Assembly: GCF_058153355.1 (NCBI RefSeq)
Contig: NZ_CM177019.1
Reading direction: 5' to 3' (one strand)
Length of the DNA stretch: 64,000 nucleotides
A program made the position numbers and the translations under genes. Below the pieces are notes generated by a model. It did not search any database. It saw only the letters and a list, made by a program, of their open reading frames with translations, and had not been told where the DNA came from. Positions 32,779 through 45,243 of the stretch are shown piece by piece. How positions within the stretch are numbered: the stretch's first letter is position 1; each line of letters opens with the position of its first letter.

Positions 32779-34260
32779 TCAGTTACGGAAAGGGTTATGA
32801 CCGTTACTGGTAGTCGTGCGTGCGGATGCTTGCTGAACGGCTGGGGCCGGGCTATCTGGTGCATAACCATCAGCAATAGCATTTTGTTCTGGCGTTTGCG
32901 GCGCAACGTTTTCTGGATTAGTGGAAACCGGTTTGCTCAGCGCATTGTTCAGTGCCAGCAGATCCTGCTCGTTCAACGTACCCAGAGCTGATTTAATATT
33001 CAACTGGTTAATCAGGTAGTTATAACGCGCATTCGCCAGCTCTTGCTTGGCGTTGTACAGCGTGGTGGTGGCATCCAGCACATCAACAATGGTACGCGTA
33101 CCGACCGAGTAGCCCGCTTCCATCGCGTCTAATGAGCTTTGAGCGGAAACTACGGCTTGTTTGTAGGCGTTAATGCTGCTGATAGAAGCATTAATGTTGT
33201 TGAATGAGGAACGTACGGTTTGCACGACGCTACGATGGGCGCTTTCCAGTTGCTCACTGGCACCAACAAAGTTGTACTGGGCCTGTTTCACCTGCGAGTT
33301 AACCATTCCGCCCTGATAAATCGGCAGCGAGAAGCTCAGGCCAACTTTGTTCTGTCCCATATTGCTATCGTCATACTGGGTACCAGCGGCACCACGAGTT
33401 TTCGAACCGCTATATGAGGTGTCAGATATCCCGGTAGAAGCCGTTAAATCCAGAGTCGGTAAGTGACCATCCTGCGCCTGGCGAATTTGCTCGCGCGCCA
33501 GGTCCTGACTCAAGCGAGCCTGTAACAGCGACAGGTTGCGTTTTTCGGCTTCTTTCAGCAGTGCGTTAACCGGCTGTGGTTTGTCGGTTTTAAAGTTTTC
33601 GACATTCAACGCCGCCAGTTCCGGATAATAGTTACCGGTGATCTGGCGCAGCTGCTCTACCGCGTTATCAAGGTTATTACGTGCGGTCACTTCGTTCGCC
33701 AGCACGGTATCGTACTGTGCGCGGGCGTTCTGCACGTCGGTGATCGCTACCAGGCCCACGTTAAAACGTTGAGTGGTTTGATCTAACTGACGGTAGATCG
33801 CTTCTTTTTGCGCCTGCGTATAGGAAAGAACATCAATGGCATTCAACACGTTGAAATAAGCAGTCGCGGTGTTGAGGATCAAGGTTTGTTGATCGGTCTG
33901 ATACGTGACGTCCTGAATACCCGCTGCTTTTTCCTGTAGCGTTAACGCACGCCATTTCGACATATCAAAAATGGATTGAGTTAACTGCAGGGACGCACTG
34001 GTCGCGTTAGAGTTGATGCCGTTCGCGTCGCGGTAGCCGTTGCTATAGGTGTAATCTGCACCTAAACCTAGCTGTGGCAGTAATGGACTGCGCGCTTCAT
34101 TAATTTTTTCAAAGGCAGCATCACGATCGGCGGCAGACTTACGCAATTCCGGGTTACTAAGGCGTGCTTGCTGATAAACTTGCATCAGGTTCTCGGCCTG
34201 GCTCAACGTACTGAACCCAGAAAGGCTCAGGCCGATAAGAATGGGGAGCAATTTCTTCAT
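32779..34260 (-). CDS. tolC: Outer-membrane efflux channel TolC
   Basis: 493 aa from MKKLLPILIGLSLSGFSTLSQAENLMQVYQQARLSNPELRKS... Confidence 0.96.
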   Translation of the reverse strand: MKKLLPILIGLSLSGFSTLSQAENLMQVYQQARLSNPELRKSAADRDAAFEKINEARSPLLPQLGLGADYTYSNGYRDANGINSNATSASLQLTQSIFDMSKWRALTLQEKAAGIQDVTYQTDQQTLILNTATAYFNVLNAIDVLSYTQAQKEAIYRQLDQTTQRFNVGLVAITDVQNARAQYDTVLANEVTARNNLDNAVEQLRQITGNYYPELAALNVENFKTDKPQPVNALLKEAEKRNLSLLQARLSQDLAREQIRQAQDGHLPTLDLTASTGISDTSYSGSKTRGAAGTQYDDSNMGQNKVGLSFSLPIYQGGMVNSQVKQAQYNFVGASEQLESAHRSVVQTVRSSFNNINASISSINAYKQAVVSAQSSLDAMEAGYSVGTRTIVDVLDATTTLYNAKQELANARYNYLINQLNIKSALGTLNEQDLLALNNALSKPVSTNPENVAPQTPEQNAIADGYAPDSPAPAVQQASARTTTSNGHNPFRN

Positions 34261-34343
34261 TTGCATTCCTTGTGGTGAAGCAGTATTTAGCGCGATCAAA
34301 CTGTAAAATTATTGCGGATTCTAGCAGAAGCCGCTACCGCAAA

Positions 34344-34363
34344 AGGTTGGCGTTACGTGCCAT
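34344..34363 (-). promoter_or_regulatory. Candidate mar/sox/rob box in the tolC promoter region
   Basis: Minus strand reads ATGGCACGTAACGCCAACCT, a close match to the marbox consensus AYnGCACnnWnnRYYAAAYn, about 85 nt upstream of the tolC start. Confidence 0.5.
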
Positions 34364-34464
34364 AGGGCGTTAATGTGCCTCAATTTAACACATGACTGCT
34401 CAAACGGCAGTCAAACGTCGCTGAAATTCACATTTAATTCACTATTAGTGCCAGGACATTAACA

Positions 34465-35094
34465 ATGCTTAAGCCAGACAACCTGCCCGTTACTTTTGGC
34501 AAAAACGATGTTGAAATTATTGCACGAGAAACACTTTATCGCGGCTTTTTTTCATTAGATCTTTATAGATTTCGTCATCGTCTATTCAACGGGCAAATGA
34601 GTCGTGAGGTACGGCGGGAAATTTTTGAGCGCGGTCACGCCGCAGTCTTGCTACCCTTTGACCCAGTGCGCGATGAAGTTGTGCTGATTGAGCAGATTCG
34701 GATTGCCGCGTATGACACCAGCGAAACCCCCTGGCTACTGGAGATGGTGGCCGGGATGATTGAAGAGGGTGAAAGTGTGGAAGATGTCGCCCGTCGCGAA
34801 GCGATTGAAGAGGCGGGACTGATAGTCAAACGGACCAAACCGGTGTTAAGTTTCCTGGCAAGCCCTGGGGGCACCAGTGAGCGTTCGTCAATTATGGTGG
34901 GCGAAGTGGACGCCACGACCGCAAGCGGTATTCACGGTCTGGCTGATGAAAACGAAGATATTCGCGTTCATGTGGTAAGCCGGGAACAGGCATACCAATG
35001 GGTAGAAGAGGGGAAAATCGACAACGCAGCGTCGGTCATCGCTTTGCAATGGCTGCAGCTGCATCATCAAGCGTTAAAAAATGAGTGGGCATAA
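34465..35094 (+). CDS. nudF: ADP-ribose pyrophosphatase (Nudix)
   Basis: 209 aa; Nudix box [22 protein letters not shown]. Confidence 0.93.
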
Positions 35095-35517
35095 ATGAAG
35101 CGTTACACACCTGACTTTCCTGAAATGATGCGCCTGTGCGAGATGAACTTTTCACAATTGCGGCGTTTGTTACCGCGCAATGACGCACCCGGCGAAACTG
35201 TAAGCTATCAGGTGGCAAACGCACAATATCGGCTAACGATTGTGGAATCGACCCGATACACTACCCTGGTGACAATCGAACAGACTGCGCCCGCGATCAG
35301 TTACTGGAGCCTTCCGTCAATGACGGTGCGTCTGTATCATGACGCGATGGTGGCTGAAGTGTGTTCAAGTCAGCAGATTTTTCGCTTCAAAGCGCGGTAT
35401 GATTATCCTAATAAAAAGTTGCATCAACGCGACGAAAAGCATCAAATTAACCAGTTTTTAGCGGACTGGTTGCGATACTGTTTAGCACATGGAGCGATGG
35501 CGATTCCGGTTTATTAG
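35095..35517 (+). CDS. yqiB: DUF1249 family protein
   Basis: 140 aa; start overlaps the nudF stop; conserved nudF-yqiB-cpdA-yqiA-parE order. Confidence 0.85.
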
Positions 35518-35541
35518 CGTCGTGAAACCTAAGGACACCAT

Positions 35542-36369
35542 TTGGAAAGCCTGTTAACCCTTCCTCTGGCTGGTGAGGCCAGAGTCAGGATTTTACAAAT
35601 TACCGACACTCACCTGTTTGCGCAAAAGCACGAAGCCCTGTTGGGGGTAAATACCTGGGAAAGCTACCAGGCGGTGCTGGAGGCGATTCGTCCACACCAG
35701 CACGAATTCGACCTGATTGTCGCGACCGGTGATTTAGCGCAGGATCAATCCTCTGCGGCCTATCAGCATTTCGCTGAAGGCATCGCAAGTTTTCGTGCGC
35801 CCTGCGTCTGGCTGCCGGGCAACCACGATTTTCAGCCTGCGATGTACAGCGCGCTACAGGATGCGGGGATCTCCCCGGCGAAGCGGGTGTTTATTGGTGA
35901 GCAATGGCAAATCCTGTTGCTGGATAGCCAGGTGTTTGGTGTGCCGCACGGTGAGCTGAGCGAGTTTCAGCTTGAGTGGCTGGAACGTAAACTGGCTGAT
36001 GCGCCAGAACGCCATACGTTGCTGCTGCTGCACCATCATCCGTTGCCTGCGGGCTGTAGCTGGCTTGACCAACACAGTCTGCGTAACGCGGGCGAACTGG
36101 ATAACGTGCTGGCGAAGTTTCCGAACGTTAAATACTTGCTGTGTGGACATATCCATCAGGAGCTGGATCTCGACTGGAATGGTCGCCGCCTGCTGGCAAC
36201 GCCATCGACCTGTGTACAGTTTAAGCCGCATTGTTCCAACTTTACGCTGGACACCATAGCGCCTGGTTGGCGTACGCTGGAACTCCATGCCGATGGCACG
36301 TTGACCACCGAGGTGCACCGCCTGGCAGACTCTCGTTTCCAACCAGATACCGCTTCAGAAGGTTACTGA
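35542..36369 (+). CDS. cpdA: 3',5'-cyclic-AMP phosphodiesterase (calcineurin-like metallophosphoesterase)
   Basis: 275 aa; metallophosphoesterase motifs (DTH, GDL, GNHD, GHIH). The first codon is TTG. Confidence 0.92.
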   Translation: MESLLTLPLAGEARVRILQITDTHLFAQKHEALLGVNTWESYQAVLEAIRPHQHEFDLIVATGDLAQDQSSAAYQHFAEGIASFRAPCVWLPGNHDFQPAMYSALQDAGISPAKRVFIGEQWQILLLDSQVFGVPHGELSEFQLEWLERKLADAPERHTLLLLHHHPLPAGCSWLDQHSLRNAGELDNVLAKFPNVKYLLCGHIHQELDLDWNGRRLLATPSTCVQFKPHCSNFTLDTIAPGWRTLELHADGTLTTEVHRLADSRFQPDTASEGY

Positions 36370-36950
36370 TGTCGACGCTTCTTTATTTACACGGTTTCAA
36401 TAGTTCGCCGCGTTCTGCGAAAGCGAGCTTGTTGAAAAACTGGCTGGCGGAACATCACCCTGACGTTGAGATGATCATTCCGCAGTTGCCGCCGTATCCT
36501 TCCGACGCGGCAGAACTGCTGGAATCCATTGTCCTGGAACATGGCGGCGATTCACTGGGGATCGTCGGTTCATCACTGGGGGGATATTACGCCACCTGGT
36601 TGTCGCAATGTTTTATGCTGCCCGCCGTGGTGGTAAACCCAGCGGTGCGCCCGTTTGAACTGCTGACGGACTATCTCGGTCAGAACGAGAACCCCTACAC
36701 CGGGCAGCAATATGTGCTAGAGTCACGCCATATTTACGATCTCAAAGTCATGCAGATTGACCCGCTGGAAGCGCCGGATTTGATTTGGCTGCTGCAACAG
36801 ACGGGAGATGAAGTGCTGGATTACCGCCAGGCGGTGGCGTACTACGCTTCCTGCCGCCAGACTGTTATAGAAGGCGGCAACCATGCATTCACAGGCTTCG
36901 AAGATTATTTCAACCCGATCGTCGATTTTCTTGGTCTGCACCATCTCTGA
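36369..36950 (+). CDS. yqiA: Alpha/beta-hydrolase esterase
   Basis: 193 aa from [19 protein letters not shown]; GSSLGG nucleophile elbow; its ATG shares one nucleotide with the cpdA TGA stop. Confidence 0.9.
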   Translation: MSTLLYLHGFNSSPRSAKASLLKNWLAEHHPDVEMIIPQLPPYPSDAAELLESIVLEHGGDSLGIVGSSLGGYYATWLSQCFMLPAVVVNPAVRPFELLTDYLGQNENPYTGQQYVLESRHIYDLKVMQIDPLEAPDLIWLLQQTGDEVLDYRQAVAYYASCRQTVIEGGNHAFTGFEDYFNPIVDFLGLHHL

Positions 36951-36975
36951 CGATCAACTCGAATTGCTAACTTAA

Positions 36976-38871
<1,896 letters not shown>

Positions 38872-38900
38872 TAATCCTCCCGCCAGAAGAATAAAACATA

Positions 38901-38932
38901 GCCCGGTATACAAGTGTATACCGGGCTTTTTT
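38901..38932 (+). terminator. Rho-independent terminator of parE, at the left boundary of the accessory island
   Basis: GCCCGGTATAC-AAG-TGTATACCGGGC hairpin followed by TTTTTT; the stop codon of the convergent receptor gene lies 3 nt beyond the T-tract. Confidence 0.8.
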
Positions 38933-38934
38933 GA

Positions 38935-41076
38935 TCAAAATTCCATTTTCACCGTGAATTGCACTTCACGAGGATCGCCAATCTGGTTGCCCAGATTATT
39001 TGTGGCGATGGAAGAGGTGTAATACGTTTTATCAAACAGGTTTTTGACGTTTAATTGCAGTGTGACCGGATACTGCAATTTCATTTTGTATGCGGCGAAG
39101 GCATCGGCAACAAAATAGCCTGGCAGATAATAGTCAGCCCCATTGGTTGCCGAACGACGGCTTACACCATGTCCACCACCGCCAAACGTCAGTGTGTTAT
39201 TGCCTGGCATGTTATGAATATCATAGGTCAGGAATAGCGAACCGGTATGACGAGGAACATTCGGCAATGGTTTCCCTGCATAATCAGGATCCTCCAGAAC
39301 CTTAGCATCGGTATAGCCGTAGCTGGCAATGATATTAATGTTTTCAGTTAATGCTCCCGCAAGGTCGACTTCTACCCCTCTTGAACGAACACGGCCTGCC
39401 GTTTTGGCAATGGTTTCATCACCAACACTTTCGGTATACAACACATTACGTTTATGGATATCAAACAGCGCAATATCTGCGGTGATACCATCGAATAGCT
39501 CGAATTTTGCCCCGACTTCGTAAGCATTAGATGATTCTGGTGGCAGATCGCCAATGTAGCTGGCAATTGACGATTGCGGCATAAATGTTTGCGAATAATT
39601 GGCAAATAAGGATACCGATGGCGTCAGTTTGTAGACCAATCCCAGTTTGGGAGTCCATTGTTCATCGCGGCTGTCAGTATTGACATTAAAAGGACGGCCT
39701 TTACCCGCATACTGCGTGTAATACTGATAGCGGAGCCCGGCGACGGCAATCCAGTTATCGGTCAGATAGAGTGCGTCCTGTGCATACGCTGAGTAGCTCT
39801 CCTGTTTGATCGTCTGATCACTGTCCGACGCCGAAACCGTTGTGCATTTGCTGGTAATACCATAAACGGGGTTGTAGATATTGAAATCTTTAGCTTTTTT
39901 ACAGCGAATCATATCTGTGCGCAGAAGATCATAATATTCATATGACACCCCACCCAGAATCTCATTATAGAATCCAGCAACATCAACATTCCCTTGCAGA
40001 TCCGCACGAGTAGCATGCATACGCTGGGTAGATCCTTGAGTTGCATCAACACGCCGTGTCAGCGTTCCTGTCGTTGCATCATACGCGGTAACGCGAGCTT
40101 GATTATCGCTGTATTTATCCTGGCTGTAGCTGTAATCAAAGCGCGCTGTCCACTGGCTATTGAGATGATATTCTGCGTTGAGTTGCGCCAGATCGGACTG
40201 ACCATCTGTAATATTAAACGGTTCGTCAAAACGTATTTTTCGATCAACGTTTACGGGCTGTTTCGTCGTAAGGTCGAAAATCGTTCCACGATCGAACGGC
40301 GTTTTATAATCCCGATGAGAATAGAGCATGGTTACTGTTGCATTATCACCAAACCAGGTGAGTGATGGAGCAATAAATGTACTGCGCTCTTTACCGAAGT
40401 TTCGCCAGTAATCTTCATCTTGCACTTCCCCAATAAGGCGATACGCCAGCTGAGTGCCTTCAATGGGACCTGTGATATCCAATTGCCCAGTGCCTCCGCC
40501 AAAACTGGAGGAAGTGGCTGAGACAGTACCATGGAATGTTTTTTCCGGGCGCTTTGTCACGACGTTAATCAGTCCGCCAGGATCGAGAATGCCATACAGC
40601 GTGGAGGCCGGACCTTTTAGCACTTCCACACGCTCTGTGGCGGCGTTGAAACTGCGAGGAAGTACAGTTCGCAGGCCGTTGGTCATGATGGAGCCATCCC
40701 GGTTAGCACCAAACCCACGACGTACAAAAGCATCCTGAGTCCCGCCTAATGTATTGGTCTGTACCACGTTACTGACGTTATAAAGTGCCTCATCCAGCGT
40801 CGTCGCATTCTGATTTTCCAGAACTTGATCGCTAACCGTATTGACCACCTGCGGGATATCCAGCATCGGCATATCGGTTAATGTCGCCGTGGAGGTGCTC
40901 AGAGGTTGATAACCATCGGTCGCCTCAGTTGCGGTATTTGCATCCGCTGTAACAGTGATTGTTTCGCCATCTTTGGTCGTTACAGTGTCGGTTGCATGAA
41001 TCATCGGTGCTGCAAAGAGCAGTGAAAAGAGCGCTCGACCTTTGAGTCCTGAGAATGAAGGTGTGAACATAGCCAT
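38935..41076 (-). CDS. TonB-dependent outer-membrane receptor, siderophore type
   Basis: 713 aa; N-terminal signal peptide, TonB-box-like ETITVTA, plug-domain motifs, beta-barrel with C-terminal aromatic residue (...VKMEF). Confidence 0.85.
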   Translation of the reverse strand: MAMFTPSFSGLKGRALFSLLFAAPMIHATDTVTTKDGETITVTADANTATEATDGYQPLSTSTATLTDMPMLDIPQVVNTVSDQVLENQNATTLDEALYNVSNVVQTNTLGGTQDAFVRRGFGANRDGSIMTNGLRTVLPRSFNAATERVEVLKGPASTLYGILDPGGLINVVTKRPEKTFHGTVSATSSSFGGGTGQLDITGPIEGTQLAYRLIGEVQDEDYWRNFGKERSTFIAPSLTWFGDNATVTMLYSHRDYKTPFDRGTIFDLTTKQPVNVDRKIRFDEPFNITDGQSDLAQLNAEYHLNSQWTARFDYSYSQDKYSDNQARVTAYDATTGTLTRRVDATQGSTQRMHATRADLQGNVDVAGFYNEILGGVSYEYYDLLRTDMIRCKKAKDFNIYNPVYGITSKCTTVSASDSDQTIKQESYSAYAQDALYLTDNWIAVAGLRYQYYTQYAGKGRPFNVNTDSRDEQWTPKLGLVYKLTPSVSLFANYSQTFMPQSSIASYIGDLPPESSNAYEVGAKFELFDGITADIALFDIHKRNVLYTESVGDETIAKTAGRVRSRGVEVDLAGALTENINIIASYGYTDAKVLEDPDYAGKPLPNVPRHTGSLFLTYDIHNMPGNNTLTFGGGGHGVSRRSATNGADYYLPGYFVADAFAAYKMKLQYPVTLQLNVKNLFDKTYYTSSIATNNLGNQIGDPREVQFTVKMEF

Positions 41077-41176
41077 TTAGTCTGTTATCCCAAAAACTCG
41101 CGGATTGTCGCGAGTGAAAATTGTTTCTTATTGCTCACTAAGCACTATCCGTTTGTTATTTCGCCATCGGATATGT

Positions 41177-41195
41177 AATTGAGAATCATTCAATC
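41177..41195. promoter_or_regulatory. Candidate Fur box in the divergent control region of the island
   Basis: AATTGAGAATCATTCAATC; the core TGAGAATCATTCA matches the Fur consensus TGATAATCATTAT at 11 of 13 positions. Lies in a 373-bp AT-rich region between the receptor gene and the ABC operon. Confidence 0.45.
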
Positions 41196-41449
41196 ACGCG
41201 GTAATGTAGTAGTAAATGAGAAATAACAAAAAATTGCTACATGTGTTTTTATGAAAGGTTTATACAATTTAATTGTTTTTAATTTATTGATATTTAATGT
41301 TTTTATTTGTATGTGCAAAAATATTTTACCTGTTATTTACCTTGTTTTTGTGTGGCTTTTAACTGCTTGACTACTACATTTTGTGGCGTCAAACTCTCAA
41401 AGGAGAATGAGTTTTATTTTTGTTTGTCTTTGATTAAGTTGGCGTACAC

Positions 41450-42259
41450 GTGGCACATAACGCAAAAGGGCAGGGGCTGATCCTCGACAATGTTTCTGCC
41501 GGGTATCACAAGAAAATCATTGTTGATGGTGTTTCTTTCTCCGTTCCCACAGAAAAAATGACCGTTCTGGTTGGGGCAAACGGCTGTGGAAAGTCGACGC
41601 TGCTCAGCACCATTGCTCGTATCTTGCAACCCATGGGCGGTTCGATATTGCTTGATGGCAACGCGATTCACGAGCAACCAACGAAAGCGTTATCCCGTAG
41701 ACTTGGGATCTTGCCGCAGTCGCCATTATTGCCGGAGGGCTTAACCGTTTATGAACTGGTGTCGCGTGGGCGTTTTCCCTGGCAGAATTTCATTCGTCAA
41801 TGGAGCGATGCCGATGAGCTGGCGGTAGAAGAGGCCCTGAAATTAACGGGTACGCAGGAGTTTGCACATTTACCTGTTGAAAAACTCTCTGGTGGGCAGC
41901 GCCAGCGTTGCTGGATTGCGATGGTGTTGGCGCAAAAGACGCCTTATATCCTGCTGGATGAACCCACAACATGGCTTGATTTACGTTATCAGGTTGAAAT
42001 TCTTGAGTTATTACATGATTTAACGCGTCATCACGGGCGTACAGTCGTCGTGGTGTTGCATGATCTGAATTTTGCCGTCAATTATGGCGATACGTTGATA
42101 TTTTTACGCCAGGGGAAAGTGGTGCGTGTGTTGAATGAGGGGGAGCATTGCACGCCTGAGCTGGTAAAAGCGGTCTTTGACGTTGATGTTCACGCATCAA
42201 TAAATCCTCTGACGGGAAAGCCGTTCTTCATGCCGTTTCGTGGTGTAGAAAAAGTATGA
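41450..42259 (+). CDS. ABC transporter ATP-binding protein, FepC/FhuC/FecE-like
   Basis: 269 aa; Walker A GANGCGKST, signature LSGGQRQR, Walker B ILLDEPT, H-loop; apparent GTG start. Confidence 0.85.
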   Translation: MAHNAKGQGLILDNVSAGYHKKIIVDGVSFSVPTEKMTVLVGANGCGKSTLLSTIARILQPMGGSILLDGNAIHEQPTKALSRRLGILPQSPLLPEGLTVYELVSRGRFPWQNFIRQWSDADELAVEEALKLTGTQEFAHLPVEKLSGGQRQRCWIAMVLAQKTPYILLDEPTTWLDLRYQVEILELLHDLTRHHGRTVVVVLHDLNFAVNYGDTLIFLRQGKVVRVLNEGEHCTPELVKAVFDVDVHASINPLTGKPFFMPFRGVEKV

Positions 42260-43239
42260 TGCGCACAGGGCTGGTTACTGTAATTTTCCTCGCCTTACTG
42301 CTGGTGGGATGCGTGGTATATCCAGGGATTGGTGCCCGATTTATTGCACCACAAACGGTGTTGCAGGCATTTCTTCATTTTGATCCGCAAAACTTCGATC
42401 ACAACGTAATTGTAAGACTCCGTTTGCCGCGTTTAGCGGCAGCATTGCTTACCGGTGCTTCTCTTGGTGTTGCTGGTGCTTTGTTGCAGGCTGTCATTCG
42501 TAACCCATTGGGGGAGCCACATATTTTAGGCTTAAATGCCGGAGCCGCTCTTGCTGTCGTTGCCGCCAGTGCGCTTGGACTGGCCTTTCCGATTGGACGC
42601 CCACTGCTGGCATCTACGGGGGGCGCGTTATTGTTCCTGTTGATATTGCTGCTTTCCTCCGCAGGGCGTTCAGGGTTAACGCCAATGAAAGTTACTTTAT
42701 GCGGCGTGGCGCTATCGGCGTTCGTGTCCTCAATAACGGCTGCAATCCTGATTCTTGACGAACAAACACTGCTGGCGATGCGGACATGGCTAGCAGGTGA
42801 TTTAGCGGGGCAGGATTGGGCGACGCTGGGTACGTCCGCCTGGTTTTCTCTGGGGGGATTTGTGTTAGCCCTTTACCTTGCACCCTCCCTTAACATGTTG
42901 GCACTGGGCGATCGCATGGCGCAGGGGCTGGGCGTCTCTGTATTCCGCACGCGAACATTCACCCTGCTTGCGATCGCGTTGCTCTGTGGCGCAGCCGTAT
43001 CGATTGCTGGCCCCATTGGTTTTGTCGGCCTGCTAGTACCGCAGATTGTCCGGCGTCTGGTATCAGCGGATCTGTGCGTTCTGCTCCCTCTTTCAGCTTG
43101 TGTCGGCGCACTTTTGTTATTACTGGCAGATATTATTGCCCGTACGCTTTTCACGCCCCATGAGTTAGCGACCGGTGTCATGACGGCGTTAGTTGGTGCG
43201 CCTGTTTTTGTCATTATGGCGACGAGGATGTTCAAATGA
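42256..43239 (+). CDS. ABC transporter permease, FecCD family (iron-siderophore/B12 type)
   Basis: 327-aa polytopic membrane protein; start overlaps the ATPase stop (ATGA). Confidence 0.85.
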   Translation: MMRTGLVTVIFLALLLVGCVVYPGIGARFIAPQTVLQAFLHFDPQNFDHNVIVRLRLPRLAAALLTGASLGVAGALLQAVIRNPLGEPHILGLNAGAALAVVAASALGLAFPIGRPLLASTGGALLFLLILLLSSAGRSGLTPMKVTLCGVALSAFVSSITAAILILDEQTLLAMRTWLAGDLAGQDWATLGTSAWFSLGGFVLALYLAPSLNMLALGDRMAQGLGVSVFRTRTFTLLAIALLCGAAVSIAGPIGFVGLLVPQIVRRLVSADLCVLLPLSACVGALLLLLADIIARTLFTPHELATGVMTALVGAPVFVIMATRMFK

Positions 43240-44285
43240 GTCGGATAATGAACGTCGGGCTACGCCCACTACGTGTTGGTAAGTTTTCGACACTGGTACG
43301 CCCTAAAAATCTGCTGTTGCTTGGTGGGCTGTTCCTGCTTGCGGTTGGAATACTGATATTCGGTCTGATGCAGGGTTCTTTCTCTGTTCCGGCATCGGAA
43401 GTAGGACGAGCGTTGTTTGCTCCAGAAAACGTAAGCACAGACGCACGTTATATTGTGCAGGATATTCGCTTGCCGAGAGTCATCATGGCATTGCTATGCG
43501 GGGCCATGTTAGGTATGGCAGGGGCCGCAATGCAATCCATTGCACGTAACGGCCTTGCCGATCCTGGTTTAATCGGCGTCAAAGAAGGATGTAGCGTGGC
43601 TGTGCTGTGGCTGATTTTCCAGTTTCCAATGCTGGGAATGTTCTGGCGTCCAGTGGCTGGTCTTGCTGGCGGCCTGTTGGTGGCTTTAATCGTGATTTTT
43701 TGTGCGCGCGATATTTCCCGCCCGCGATTTGTTCTGATTGGTATTGGTGTTTCCTGGTTTTTCGCCGCCGGTATCGGTGTATTTATGACCACTGCAGATG
43801 TTCGAGATGTACAAACTGCATTGATGTGGTTATCGGGAAGCCTGCATGCAGCTAACTGGATGTTAGTCGGTATTTCAGCCTGTTGGATGTTGCCAGCCGC
43901 TCTTTTATTGCTGTTCACCGCCAGGAAGGCGGATATCGCTCTGCTTGGTCATCAGGTGGCAACCGGGTTAGGCGTGAATAGTTCTCGCCTGGCGTTGTTA
44001 CGTGTCGCCGCACCCATAATCCTGACAGCCGTCTGCGTTTCGTGTGTTGGTAACATAGGTTTTGTCGGATTGATAGCACCCCATATATCACGTTTTATTC
44101 TACGTGGCGGGCAGACGACATTACTGCTGGGGAGCGCGGTATCGGGGGCGTTGTTAGTTATTCTGGCGGATAGCATTGGTCGTTTGGCTTTTTTGCCTTT
44201 GCAACTGCCTGCCGGAATCATTATCTCACTGATTGGTGGACCATTTTTTTTGCTACTGCTCTGGCAGCGCAGGAACAGTTTTTAA
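43236..44285 (+). CDS. ABC transporter permease, FecCD family, second subunit
   Basis: 349-aa polytopic membrane protein; start overlaps the upstream stop (ATGA). Confidence 0.85.
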   Translation: MSRIMNVGLRPLRVGKFSTLVRPKNLLLLGGLFLLAVGILIFGLMQGSFSVPASEVGRALFAPENVSTDARYIVQDIRLPRVIMALLCGAMLGMAGAAMQSIARNGLADPGLIGVKEGCSVAVLWLIFQFPMLGMFWRPVAGLAGGLLVALIVIFCARDISRPRFVLIGIGVSWFFAAGIGVFMTTADVRDVQTALMWLSGSLHAANWMLVGISACWMLPAALLLLFTARKADIALLGHQVATGLGVNSSRLALLRVAAPIILTAVCVSCVGNIGFVGLIAPHISRFILRGGQTTLLLGSAVSGALLVILADSIGRLAFLPLQLPAGIIISLIGGPFFLLLLWQRRNSF

Positions 44286-44295
44286 CGGGAGTTAT

Positions 44296-45243
44296 ATGCG
44301 TTTATTTTTTTCTCTGCTGATACTGTTGTCATTTTTTTCCCGTGCAACAGAACCTGTTCAGGTATTTACTGATGATTTAGGGCGCAAAGTCACTGTTCCT
44401 GCTCATCCAAAGAGAATTGTCTCTTTACACGATCTTGATATCACTATTCCTCTGATTGAGCTCGGTGTACCTCCTGTCGCCAGCCACGGGCGAACTCGGC
44501 CTGACGGTAGCCATTTCATTCGATCTGGCGCGTTATTGACAGGTGTCGACTTTGATAATTCATCGATCGCCTTTATTGGTACCGCTGATATTGATATTGA
44601 AGCGATTGTGGCGGCAAAGCCTGACCTGATCATCACAGAACCGACCCGTAATACGCCCATTGAACAACTTGAAAAAATTGCGCCCACGGTGAGCATTGAT
44701 CATCTCAAAGGGGGCGCGCCAGAAATCTATCGCAAGCTGGCAGAACTTACAGGAACGCAGTCGCAGCTGGCGATACTTGAACGCCGCTATCAGGCACAAA
44801 TCAATGCGCTGAAGGCGACGCTGGACAGCCAAAAAATAACGGTATCGGTGATTCAGGCAAACCAGGGAAAAATTAATGTGATGCATAGCTATCATTCGCT
44901 GGGGCGGGTATTACGCGATGCTGGTTTTCGTTTTCCGCCGCTGATTGAGAGCATTCCTGAAGGTGGGCGAATGGATGTGAGCGCGGAGCGTTTACCTGAA
45001 CTGGATGCCGATTTTGTTTTTGCAACCTGGCGCGGTGACACCGGTGGTAAACCTCAGGATGAGCTGGCAGCAATGGAAAAAGTCATGCCGGGATGGTGTC
45101 AGTTTCTGACTGCCTGTCGTTCCGGGCGTTATGTGCTGATTTCTCGTGAAGAGGCAATTTCTAACTCCTTTGCATCTCTGGGGCTGATGGCTGCGCAGAT
45201 ACAATCACAAATTGCAGGGCGACCTCTACCGGAGGCTAAATGA
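44296..45243 (+). CDS. Periplasmic substrate-binding protein, class III (siderophore/heme/B12-type)
   Basis: 315 aa from MRLFFSLLILLSFFSRATEP (signal peptide); typical size and architecture; GGGA ribosome-binding site upstream of the ATG at 44296. Confidence 0.8.
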   Translation: MRLFFSLLILLSFFSRATEPVQVFTDDLGRKVTVPAHPKRIVSLHDLDITIPLIELGVPPVASHGRTRPDGSHFIRSGALLTGVDFDNSSIAFIGTADIDIEAIVAAKPDLIITEPTRNTPIEQLEKIAPTVSIDHLKGGAPEIYRKLAELTGTQSQLAILERRYQAQINALKATLDSQKITVSVIQANQGKINVMHSYHSLGRVLRDAGFRFPPLIESIPEGGRMDVSAERLPELDADFVFATWRGDTGGKPQDELAAMEKVMPGWCQFLTACRSGRYVLISREEAISNSFASLGLMAAQIQSQIAGRPLPEAK

